Part shown: one piece after another, positions 8,036 through 16,062 of the stretch
Position numbering within the stretch: the first letter of the stretch is position 1
How the letters are laid out: every line of letters begins with the position of its first letter
Assembly: GCA_965242525.1 (NCBI GenBank)
Contig: OZ251459.1
Coordinates: 608,001 to 672,000 of the forward strand
DNA from: an uncultured Candidatus Binatia bacterium
GTDB lineage: Bacteria > Desulfobacterota > Binatia > UBA9968 > JAJDTQ01
Reading direction: 5' to 3'
Length of the DNA: 64,000 nt
The notes under the pieces: generated by a model
What the model saw: only the letters and a program-made list of their open reading frames with translations
Database searches by the model: none
What the model was told of the DNA's origin: nothing
Translations under genes and position numbers: made by a program

Positions 8036-9535
8036 ATGTGGGACGTGGAGCCCCTCCTGCAAGCCCTGGGCCAGCTGAGCCAGCCGGCGAACCTGCTGGT
8101 GCTCGCCGTCGGCGCGGTGGCCGGCCTGATCCTGGGGGCGCTCCCGGGCCTGTTCCTGGCGGGGTTGACCATCGGCATGACCTTCACCTTCGGGTGGGAC
8201 CCCGGGCGCGCCATGTTCCTCATGGCGGGGATGATGGGGGCCGCCACCGAGGGGGGCTCGGTCCCCGCCATCCTGCTCAACATCCCCGGGGAGGCCCCCA
8301 ACGCCGCCACCTGCTTCGACGGCCATCCCATGGCCCGCCGGGGGGAGGCGGGCCGCGCGGTGGGGCTGGCCGCGGCTTCGTCGTTCCTGGGCGCGGTGGT
8401 GGGCATGTGCTTCCTGATGATCCTCATCCCCTTCGTGAAGATCATCGTGCTGTCCTTCGGTCCGCCCGAGTTCTTCATGCTGGTGATCTTCGGCCTGCTG
8501 ACCGTGGCCTACGCGGCCCGGGGCAACATGCTGAAGGGGCTCGTGTCCGCGGGCATCGGCGTGCTGCTGTCCCTCATCGGGTTCAGCCCGGTGCACGGGG
8601 TGCTGCGGTTCAACTTCGGCAGCGACAACTACCTGTGGGACGGGATCCCCCTGGTGCCCTTCTTCATCGGCCTGTTCGCCATCGCCGAGCTGGTGAACCA
8701 CGTGCTGCGCGGCGAGACCATCGCCGCGGGGGGCGAGCGCATCAAGGTGGGGGTGTTCGGCGCCTTCGCGGGGTTCCTGGAGGTCTTCCGCTACAAGGCC
8801 ACGCTGGTGCGGAGCTCCGCCATCGGCATACTCGCGGGCATCATCCCCGGCATCGGCGGGGTGCTCGCCAACTTCCTCTCCTACTCCATGACCGTGCAGT
8901 TCTCCAGGAACCGGGAGCTGTTCGGCACGGGCAACCCCGAGGGCATCATCGCTTCCGAGGCGTCCAACGACGCCAAGGACGGCGGCGCCCTGCTGCCCAC
9001 CATCATATTCGGCATCCCCGGAAGCGCCGGCATGGCCGTGCTCCTGGGCGCCTTCATCCTCCACGGGCTCCAGCCGGGATTCTTCTTCGTCCGGGAGCAC
9101 ATGGACATCGTGTTCGTGCTGATCTTCGGCTTCGTGGTCTCCAACTTCCTGGCCAGCCTCATGGCCGCCTTCGGCGCCGACATCCTGGCCCGGGTCACCA
9201 CCCTGCGCGTGGGCTACGTGGTGCCCGCGGCCTTCCTGCTGTCGGTGGGCGGGGCCTACGCCGCCCGTGAGAACGTGTGGGACATCGGCATCGCCATCCT
9301 CGCGGGCGTGCTCGGCTTCGCCTTCAACCGGTTCGGCTTCTCCCTCGTCACCCTGGTCATCGGCTTCCTGCTGGGGGTGCGCGCGGAGTTGTCGTTCGTG
9401 CAGTCGCTCCAGATCTCCGCGGGCAGCTACGCCATCTTCTTCAACCGTCCGGTCACCGTCGTGCTGATGCTGTTGAGCCTGCTCATGCTGTGCCTGCCGT
9501 GGCTGTCGAGCCGGAAAGCGAAGGCGTCGCCATGA
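8036..9535 (+). CDS. Tripartite tricarboxylate transporter permease TctA
   Basis: GGSVPAILLNIPG; EASNDAKDGGALLPTIIFGIPGS; many TM helices. Confidence 0.93.
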   Translation: MWDVEPLLQALGQLSQPANLLVLAVGAVAGLILGALPGLFLAGLTIGMTFTFGWDPGRAMFLMAGMMGAATEGGSVPAILLNIPGEAPNAATCFDGHPMARRGEAGRAVGLAAASSFLGAVVGMCFLMILIPFVKIIVLSFGPPEFFMLVIFGLLTVAYAARGNMLKGLVSAGIGVLLSLIGFSPVHGVLRFNFGSDNYLWDGIPLVPFFIGLFAIAELVNHVLRGETIAAGGERIKVGVFGAFAGFLEVFRYKATLVRSSAIGILAGIIPGIGGVLANFLSYSMTVQFSRNRELFGTGNPEGIIASEASNDAKDGGALLPTIIFGIPGSAGMAVLLGAFILHGLQPGFFFVREHMDIVFVLIFGFVVSNFLASLMAAFGADILARVTTLRVGYVVPAAFLLSVGGAYAARENVWDIGIAILAGVLGFAFNRFGFSLVTLVIGFLLGVRAELSFVQSLQISAGSYAIFFNRPVTVVLMLLSLLMLCLPWLSSRKAKASP

Positions 9536-10050
9536 AGGGGTCCACGTTGCTGGGCGTCATCCTGGTGGCGGTCTCGGCGCTGTTCCTGGTGTGGTCCTTC
9601 TCGTACGGCGGCATGGCGGGGTTCGTGCCGGTGGTGCTCGCGCTCCCCACCACGGCGCTGGCGGCGCTGTGCCTGGCGGGCGAGAAGTACCCGGGCATCC
9701 TGAAGGCCTTCGAGGTGAGCCTGGAAGACGTCCTCAGCACCGCGGCCGGCGAAGCCGGGGCCGGGGATCCGGCTGCGTCGGAAGGCGCCGGGGCCGGCGA
9801 GATGGCGCTCATCACCCGGATGTTCGTGTGGTTCGCCGCGTTCGGGGTGCTGGTCTTCTTCGCGGGGTTCTACGTCTCCACCACCCTGTTCGCGCTCTTC
9901 TTCACCCGCCTGCAAGGCGGCGTGGGCTGGCGGGGCTCGGTCTTCGTCACCGCCCTGGCGCTGGGCTTCTTCTACTTCGTCTTCGAGGAGACCCTGAGGG
10001 TGGACCTCTTCGCCGGCGTCTGGTTCGGCGCGTTCCGGCCCCCGCTGTAG
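9532..10050 (+). CDS. Tripartite tricarboxylate transporter small subunit TctB
   Basis: ATGA overlap with tctA; 4 TM helices; ends FEETLRVDLFAG. Confidence 0.85.
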   Translation: MKGSTLLGVILVAVSALFLVWSFSYGGMAGFVPVVLALPTTALAALCLAGEKYPGILKAFEVSLEDVLSTAAGEAGAGDPAASEGAGAGEMALITRMFVWFAAFGVLVFFAGFYVSTTLFALFFTRLQGGVGWRGSVFVTALALGFFYFVFEETLRVDLFAGVWFGAFRPPL

Positions 10051-10101
10051 CTCCCTCGACCGGCGCCGAGGTCCGGGACACGTGCGCGGGAGCCGGCTTC
10101 C

Positions 10102-10196
10102 GGAGAAGGAAGGCGCCCGGTGGCGCCGCTGGTCTTCAAAACCAGTCTGAGGGCCGTAAGGTCCTCGGAGGGTTCGACTCCCTCCCTTCTCCGCCA
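10102..10196 (+). tRNA. selC: tRNA-Sec (anticodon UCA)
   Basis: 8-bp acceptor stem GGAGAAGG/CCTTCTCC, G discriminator, CCA; 6-bp D stem GGCGCC; anticodon loop CTTCAAA; long variable arm; T arm GAGGG-TTCGACT-CCCTC. Confidence 0.95.
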
Positions 10197-10224
10197 CCAG
10201 GGGACGTTGGCGTTGATGGCTCGG

Positions 10225-10320
10225 GGAAACCCGGAATGATTCCCCCGTTCATCCTGGGCGAAGCGAAGTCCCCCGTTCGTCCTGAGCGTAGCGAAGCGAA
10301 GTCGAAGGACGCGCTTTCCC
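10225..10320 (+). repeat. GGAA-ended MITE-like element with REP-A core (degenerate plus full copy)
   Basis: GGAAACC left end; CCCCGTTCGTCCTGAGCGTAGCGAAGCGAAGTCGAAGGACG at 10271-10311. Confidence 0.8.
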
Positions 10321-11312
10321 TATACCGGCCGTCGGCAACGGCCCACGACGCCGTTGCTGCCGTGGAAAACCTCGATTTGCCCGGCGCCCAGGTCCGTCAG
10401 CATGCGTTCGACCTGCCTTTTCGTTCGACTGTGCTTGTGCCAGTCCGTCAAGCCGTCGTGGGTGTTCAACAGTGCGTACTGATATTGTTGCCGGTCGTTC
10501 AATCGAGGGTGGTGGTACCCGGTATGGAGCGGCAACAGCTTGGACAGCAGGAACAGGAGGAACGGGTGATTCCTGGCCGCCCGGTAGAACGGGAAGAACA
10601 GGTCCACCAACCGGGTCGTTGCACGGAGGCCTCTCTCCGGGGTCATGCGCTTGACGAGGGACCGGCACAGCACCCGGCCCGGATTGGTCAGCCCTCGCAC
10701 ACGTGAAACGTAATGGTCGAACAACAGTGTCCCGCCGGGGCGTACCTGTTCGTACAGCTTGCCGACGGTTTCCTCCGGGGACTCGGTGTGCTGGACGACG
10801 CCCAGACAGAAGACCAGGTCGAACTGGCGCGGAGCGAAAGGCAGCCGGAGGATGTCCGCCTGGTAGATGTGATGCCTCTCGTCCTGGGGAAAGTTGTCGG
10901 AGTTCGCCTCCACCGCGGTGCTGCTGTCGATCGAATGGACGCGAACCGAAGGGAAGGACAGCAGGATCTCGGTGAACCTGCCGGCGCCGCAACCGGCTTC
11001 GAGAACGTTCAGCGAATCGGGGCGGGAAAGGCGGTGGTAGAACTCTCCCAGGCAGAACTTCGCACGGTCCCGGGAGATCGAAAGTCCGGTATGCGAATCG
11101 AGCTGCACCTTCGAGAAGGTGCGCCACTGCAAACCGAACGGTTCGGAATAGTGGCGGCAGGCAACGAAGCGCGGTATCGAATCGACGACTTCCCATCGGC
11201 AGCCGTCCTCGCACAGGATGCTTGCCGATGCGCGGCTCAGCCTCGAACCGTCGTCAGGACAGACCATCTGGATGTCCACGGCAGGGATTCCCTTCGGGCG
11301 GCCTTCGGCCAT
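10320..11312 (-). CDS. Class I SAM-dependent methyltransferase with Trm112-like N-terminus
   Basis: MVCPDDG..CEDGC..IPRF; motif I VLEAGCGAGRF; FDLVFCLGVVQHT; start uncertain. Confidence 0.85.
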   Translation of the reverse strand: MAEGRPKGIPAVDIQMVCPDDGSRLSRASASILCEDGCRWEVVDSIPRFVACRHYSEPFGLQWRTFSKVQLDSHTGLSISRDRAKFCLGEFYHRLSRPDSLNVLEAGCGAGRFTEILLSFPSVRVHSIDSSTAVEANSDNFPQDERHHIYQADILRLPFAPRQFDLVFCLGVVQHTESPEETVGKLYEQVRPGGTLLFDHYVSRVRGLTNPGRVLCRSLVKRMTPERGLRATTRLVDLFFPFYRAARNHPFLLFLLSKLLPLHTGYHHPRLNDRQQYQYALLNTHDGLTDWHKHSRTKRQVERMLTDLGAGQIEVFHGSNGVVGRCRRPV

Positions 11313-11490
11313 GCGGCCGCACGCTCGACCGGTTCCGGGTGAATGTAGGGGGGCCGACGGCAGGTTGTCAACCTTTCGGGAGGATGTTCGTTTCTTTCCG
11401 GGCGCTTTGACACGAGGGTTGCAAGACGGTACAAGCAGGAAGTTCCCGGACGCACCGCCGGTTCCGTGGAGCGGCGGACAGGGAGGCAGG

Positions 11491-12003
11491 ATGCAGAGCA
11501 TGGCCCGGTACTACGATCGGCTCCTGGACCTGTTCAAGGTCGGGGCGGAGGTCGTCGTCTTCCTCATCTTCTTCCTCATCGCCAGCGACGTGTTCATCCG
11601 CCTGGCGGGCTTGCAGCCCTCCACCTACACCCTGGGGGTGGTGGAGTACTGCCTCCTGTGGTTCACCATGCTGGGGGCGCCGTGGCTGGTGCGCATGAAG
11701 GGCCACGTGTTCGTGGACTCGCTGGTCCAGTTCCTGCCCCGTAGGGTGCAGACGGCCCTGGCCAAGCTCGTGTACCTGGTCTGCATCGCCGGCTCGCTGC
11801 TGTTCGTCTATTTCTCCTTCGACCTCACGGCGGCGGCGTTCCTGTCCGGGGAGATGGACATCCGGGGCGAAGCGCAGCCCCTGTGGCTGCTGCTGGCGCC
11901 CCTGCCGGTGTCGTTCTCCATGGTGGCCGTGGAGTTCCTCCGCTACCTGCTGGGCGTGGACGCCATGTACACCTCGCGCACCGATGTGCGGGAGAACGTG
12001 TGA
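11491..12003 (+). CDS. TRAP transporter small permease (DctQ)
   Basis: GGAGG RBS; 4 TM helices; EYCLLWFTMLGAP..GHVFVD. Confidence 0.9.
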   Translation: MQSMARYYDRLLDLFKVGAEVVVFLIFFLIASDVFIRLAGLQPSTYTLGVVEYCLLWFTMLGAPWLVRMKGHVFVDSLVQFLPRRVQTALAKLVYLVCIAGSLLFVYFSFDLTAAAFLSGEMDIRGEAQPLWLLLAPLPVSFSMVAVEFLRYLLGVDAMYTSRTDVRENV

Positions 12004-13313
12004 TGGAATGGTACTGGGCCTTCGCTTTCCTGGTGGGGATGGTGGTGTGCCTGATGGCCGTCGGCGTCCCCGTGGCCTTCGCCTTCATCACCACCAACTT
12101 CGTGGGCATACTCGTCTTCGCCGGCAGCCACGGACTCATCCAGGTGGTGGACAACTCCACCGTGCTCATCACCCGGTTCACCCTGGGGCCGGTGCCCATG
12201 TTCATCCTCATGGGCGCGCTCTTCTTCCACACGGGCCTGGCCATCCGCGTCTTCGACGGGCTCGACACGCTGTTCGGCAAGCTGCGGGGCCGGCTGTGCT
12301 ACCTCACCGTGGCCGGCGGCACGGTCTTCTCCACGCTCACGGGTTCGTCCATGGCCAACACGGCCATGCTGGGGTCGCTGCTGGTCCCGGAGATGCAGCG
12401 GCGGGGCTACAACTGGCGCATGTCCATGGGCCCCATCCTGGGCACCGGCGGACTGGCCATGATCATACCGCCGTCCGCGCTGGCGGTGCTGCTGGCGAGC
12501 GTCGCCAACATCGACGTGGGCCGCCTGCTGATCGCGGGCTTCCTGCCCGGCTTCGTCCTGGCGGTGCTGTACGCCGCCATGCTGTACCTCCAGATCCTCC
12601 TCAACCCCGCGGGCGCGCCGGCCTACGACGTGCCGCCCACGAGCTGGAGCCACAAGCTCAAGTTCGTCAGCTTCAACATCCTGCCGGTCAGCCTCGTCAT
12701 CTTCATGGTCATCGGTTTCATCATCCTGGGGGTGGCCACGCCCACGGAGTCCGCGGCTTGCGGCGTGCTGGGCGTCTTCATCCTGGCCGCGGCCTTCCGC
12801 GTGCTGAAGTGGGAGGCCGTCCGCACCTCGTTGTCGGGCACGGTGCGGGTGGCGGGCATGGTGTTCTTCATCATCATGAACTCCACGGTCTTCAGCCAGC
12901 TCCTGGCCTACTCGGGCGCCACCGCGGGCATGCTGGAATGGGCCACCAGCTTCGAGGTGTCCCGCCTCGTGGTGCTCGCGGTCATGTTCCTGATCCTCAT
13001 CGTGCTGGGGATGTTCATGGACGCCACCTCCATGATGCTCATCACCGTGCCCATCTTCTTTCCCCTGGCCGAGGCCCTCGGCTTCGACCTGATCTGGTTC
13101 GGCCTGTTCGTGCTGATGACGCTGGAGATGGCCGGCACCACGCCTCCTTTCGGGCTGCTGCTCTACGTCATGCTCGGGGTGGCGCCCCGGGGGACCACGC
13201 TGCTGCAAGTGGCCAACGCGGCCGTCCCGTTCCTGGTCTGCGACCTCATCCTGATATTCATCCTGATCGCCTACCCCGAACTCGCGCTGTTCCTCCCCGA
13301 CCTCATGGAGTGA
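12003..13313 (+). CDS. TRAP transporter large permease (DctM)
   Basis: VPMFILMG, TGSSMAN, IIPPS, TPPFG motifs. Confidence 0.93.
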   Translation: MEWYWAFAFLVGMVVCLMAVGVPVAFAFITTNFVGILVFAGSHGLIQVVDNSTVLITRFTLGPVPMFILMGALFFHTGLAIRVFDGLDTLFGKLRGRLCYLTVAGGTVFSTLTGSSMANTAMLGSLLVPEMQRRGYNWRMSMGPILGTGGLAMIIPPSALAVLLASVANIDVGRLLIAGFLPGFVLAVLYAAMLYLQILLNPAGAPAYDVPPTSWSHKLKFVSFNILPVSLVIFMVIGFIILGVATPTESAACGVLGVFILAAAFRVLKWEAVRTSLSGTVRVAGMVFFIIMNSTVFSQLLAYSGATAGMLEWATSFEVSRLVVLAVMFLILIVLGMFMDATSMMLITVPIFFPLAEALGFDLIWFGLFVLMTLEMAGTTPPFGLLLYVMLGVAPRGTTLLQVANAAVPFLVCDLILIFILIAYPELALFLPDLME

Positions 13314-13419
13314 CGCGGGCAGGCGGCTTCGCCTGCGCCGGACGGCCCGGTCGCCCTGGGGTCCGGAAAGGGACTGCGCACCGCGTGGCGGAACCGCGCA
13401 TGGAGTATCCCTCATCGGG

Positions 13420-13448
13420 TTGACAGACGGGATTTTCTGTCTTATTCC
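13420..13448 (+). promoter_or_regulatory. Putative sigma70 promoter with palindromic operator for hicBA
   Basis: TTGACA-17bp-TATTCC overlapping inverted repeat GACAGA-N8-TCTGTC. Confidence 0.55.
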
Positions 13449-13513
13449 CACCTGCAGGAGGGGCATGGAAGGGAAGGAAGGCGGGTATGACGAAGGCGAC
13501 GCAGGTGGGAGTC

Positions 13514-13807
13514 ATGATCGTTTCCGTTGAAATAGTGATCGAGCCGGACGGGGATGGGTTCTTTGCCTACGCACCGGCGCTCAAGGGGCTTCTCATGGAC
13601 GGGAGCACGGAGACGGAAGCCCTGGAAAGAGCCAGGGAGGGGGTCAAGGTTTACCTGGAGTCCCTTCACCGGCAAGGAGAACCGCTGCCCGAAGGACCCG
13701 GAATCTCCGTCCATCCCGAGAACCCCGAGGCGTCCGTACAACACGTGACGATGCAATGGCCGACTCCGTTTGGGACCAGCTTGGAAACTGCACTGCCGAC
13801 GACCTGA
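13514..13807 (+). CDS. hicB: HicB-family antitoxin
   Basis: IVIEPDGDGFFAYAPALKG..GSTETEALERAREG..GEPLP. Confidence 0.85.
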   Translation: MIVSVEIVIEPDGDGFFAYAPALKGLLMDGSTETEALERAREGVKVYLESLHRQGEPLPEGPGISVHPENPEASVQHVTMQWPTPFGTSLETALPTT

Positions 13808-14004
13808 TACGGGCTCTGCGCAAGGATGGATGGGAGGATGAGCCTCGACGCGGAGCCACTCGTGCGTTCCGCAAGGGTTCGGACCGTCGTATCGTCATCC
13901 ACTACCACCCCAGGAAGACTTATGGCGTCAAGCTCCTGAAGGAACTGGTCAAGCAGGCAGGTTGGAAACCGGAGGATATGAAGCGTCTGAAGTTGATCAG
14001 GTAG
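13756..14004 (+). CDS. hicA: HicA-family toxin (mRNA interferase)
   Basis: DLIRALRKDGW..IVIHYHP..LLKELVKQAG; overlaps hicB by 52 nt. Confidence 0.8.
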   Translation: MADSVWDQLGNCTADDLIRALRKDGWEDEPRRGATRAFRKGSDRRIVIHYHPRKTYGVKLLKELVKQAGWKPEDMKRLKLIR

Positions 14005-14087
14005 CAGGAATACCGACACCGACGGACCAGGTTGCAAGCTGTCCCGCGGCGACCCGTTCGGTTGGTGTCATGGCTCTCCCTCTCATG

Positions 14088-14131
14088 GTGGAACGCCCCC
14101 GATGCGCAGCGTCGCATCGGGGGCGTTCCAC
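14088..14131. terminator. 19-bp perfect hairpin between convergent hicA and dctP
   Basis: GTGGAACGCCCCCGATGCG / CGCATCGGGGGCGTTCCAC. Confidence 0.7.
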
Positions 14132-14154
14132 GTTCCGGTCTCCACCGCGGCGCG

Positions 14155-15153
14155 TCAGGGCGCGCGGTACATCTTCTCCTTGAGCTTGGCGAACGGCACG
14201 GAGTAGTTCTTGCCGGAGCGGACATCCCAGGCGAGTTCGTACACGGTGCGCAGGTACGCCTTGCGGACCTCGCCCTGGAGCTCGTACTTCTGGAGGCCCG
14301 AGGCCCACAGCTTCTCGTTGTCGGCGTCGGCCTTCTTGCGGAGTATGGGTTCGCTGCCCTGCTCGAACGCCAGGCCGGCCTCGGTGAGCTTGTCCTGCAC
14401 GGCCTCGGGCAGCCCGTTCCACTTGTCGGCGTTGATCACGACCATGGAGCCGCTGCGGTAGAACCCCGGATAGACGCGGTACTTGAGGAACTTCTGGACG
14501 CCGTACTTGGCCAGCGCTCCCTCGGGCCACGCGAGCCCCTGGACCACGCCCCGCTGCAGGCCCGTGTACATCTCCGCGGCCGCCATGTTGATGGGGATGG
14601 CCCGCATGGCCTTGAAGAAGGGGTTGTAGGTGGCGGTGGAGCGCATCTTGCGGCCGGAGAGGTCGAGCCCCGTCTCGGTGCTCTCCTTGGGCTTGAAGGT
14701 GGTATAGATGTGGAAGTCCACGCCGTAACAGCACCAGCCCAGGATGCGCCCGTTGAACTTGTCCTTCCACACCGGCTGGAGCTGGTCGATGGCGCCGTTT
14801 TCCCGGAGCTCCCTGGTGGAGAGGTTGGTCACCGAGGTGAGGCCCGCTTCCGCCACCATTCCCTCGAAGTAGCCCATGGGGCAGAAGATCATGTCCACCA
14901 GGCCGCGCTTGAGGGCCGGACCCTGCTTCTTTCGCGGCGTCACTTCCGGACCGCCCACGTAGTGGAGCTTTGCCTCGCCCTTGGCCGCCTCGTTGAAGGC
15001 GTCGTGGAACGCCTGGAAGTAGGTCTCCACCTGGTCGTGGGTCTTGGCCAGACAGGTGCTGACCCGCAGCGTGACCGCGGCCTGCGCGGCTGCGGCCGGT
15101 ACCAACAGGGCGAACGCCATCGCGACGAGCGCTGCGGTTGCAGTCCTTTTCAT
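14155..15153 (-). CDS. TRAP substrate-binding protein (DctP)
   Basis: AGGAGG RBS; signal peptide; GGPEV; DLSGRKMR; EMYTGLQRGVVQG. Confidence 0.9.
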   Translation of the reverse strand: MKRTATAALVAMAFALLVPAAAAQAAVTLRVSTCLAKTHDQVETYFQAFHDAFNEAAKGEAKLHYVGGPEVTPRKKQGPALKRGLVDMIFCPMGYFEGMVAEAGLTSVTNLSTRELRENGAIDQLQPVWKDKFNGRILGWCCYGVDFHIYTTFKPKESTETGLDLSGRKMRSTATYNPFFKAMRAIPINMAAAEMYTGLQRGVVQGLAWPEGALAKYGVQKFLKYRVYPGFYRSGSMVVINADKWNGLPEAVQDKLTEAGLAFEQGSEPILRKKADADNEKLWASGLQKYELQGEVRKAYLRTVYELAWDVRSGKNYSVPFAKLKEKMYRAP

Positions 15154-15395
15154 GCGCGTGTCCTCCTTTGCCGGGGTCTTGCGCCCCAACGGGTTGATGC
15201 CTCCGTCCGAACCGTCGAACGGCGCCCCGTATTAGATTAGAGTCCACGGGCGTTGTCAAGCGCGGCCGGGACGAGTCCGGACCCGGACGCGGCGGGATGC
15301 GTTTACGGATGGTTCGGGTCCGGCCGCCGGGTGCTTGAACCAGCATATTCCAATCCGAGAATGCCACTGAAGGGGGGTTGGGAGTCAGGCTGGCC

Positions 15396-15430
15396 GTGAC
15401 CGAGTTCGAGACCGCCACCATTGCGTTTCA
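15396..15430 (+). pseudogene. 5' stump of a third MTEFE-family small protein
   Basis: GTG ACC GAG TTC GAG ACC GCC ACC ATT GCG reads MTEFETATIA, versus MTEFESASLA at 6219; runs into the repeat element. Confidence 0.5.
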
Positions 15431-15838
15431 GGAATTCGTATGGGTTGCGACACTCCCCATCCCGTCATTCCCGCGAAAGCCCCTTCACGTCATTCCCGCG
15501 AAAGCGGGAATCCAGACCTTGCGAGCAAACTCCGTGGGCGCCCTGTATGAGGGTTTGGGACCTCTGAACAATCGAGACATCCAGGATGGATTCCCTCACC
15601 CTGTGACCGTCCTATCCCCGTTCGTCCTGAGCGTAGCGAAGCGGAGTCGAAGGACGGGCTCTTGCCTCTATCCGATTGTTCAGAGGTTCCGTTTGTACAA
15701 CGAGAGCGAGGAAAGTGGATGGATTCCCGCCCCCGCTTCCGCGAGGACATGCTTTCGCGGGAATGACGGGGTGAGTGTCCGCGGAGATGTCGCCTTCCCT
15801 TTCCCTCCTACCTTACCCACACGAATTCCTGAAGAGCC
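15422..15838. mobile_element. Composite non-autonomous element: outer TIR, dRS3-like pair, nested MITE
   Basis: TIR TTCAGGAATTCGTATGGGT / ACCCACACGAATTCCTGAA (18 of 19 match); sister copy at 31340-31636. Confidence 0.8.
15557..15690 (+). mobile_element. GGAA-ended MITE with 4-bp target duplication GTTT
   Basis: TIR GGGACCTCTGAACAATCG / CGATTGTTCAGAGGTTCC; GTTT at 15553-15556 and 15691-15694; empty site in the 31.4-kb copy; REP-A core at 15616-15656. Confidence 0.85.
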
Positions 15839-15918
15839 AACAAACTGAGGTCGTCGAACCCCATGGTTGCGTCGTACAGACTTCGGTAGTGCTTCGCGGT
15901 AAGGCTCGACAGTTTCAC
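15839..15918 (-). pseudogene. 5' stump of an SMC/AAA-type ATPase gene cut at the element end
   Basis: MKLSSLTAKHYRSLYDATMGFDDLSL resembles the strand-NFRS-strand start preceding Walker A; TTTACA-17-TACATT upstream (15982-15954). Confidence 0.55.
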
Positions 15919-16062
15919 TGGCCACGCTCTTTTGCACGAGGCTGTGTTCGATCAATGTAGTGCGTCGGAACATCGATGTAAAGACGGGATCTTCCGGCTT
16001 TCCGGATGCCTTTCCGTGGATCGGGGGTTGCGAAAGGGACCGGTGGGGGAGGGCCGGAGCCG

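Noticed and set aside
15378-15848. ORFs translated from repeats (SFPRKRES, FVLSVAKRSRR peptides; also near 22.2, 23.5, 45.4 and 53.0 kb)
   Set aside because: Translations of REP/MITE DNA that recur in several frames
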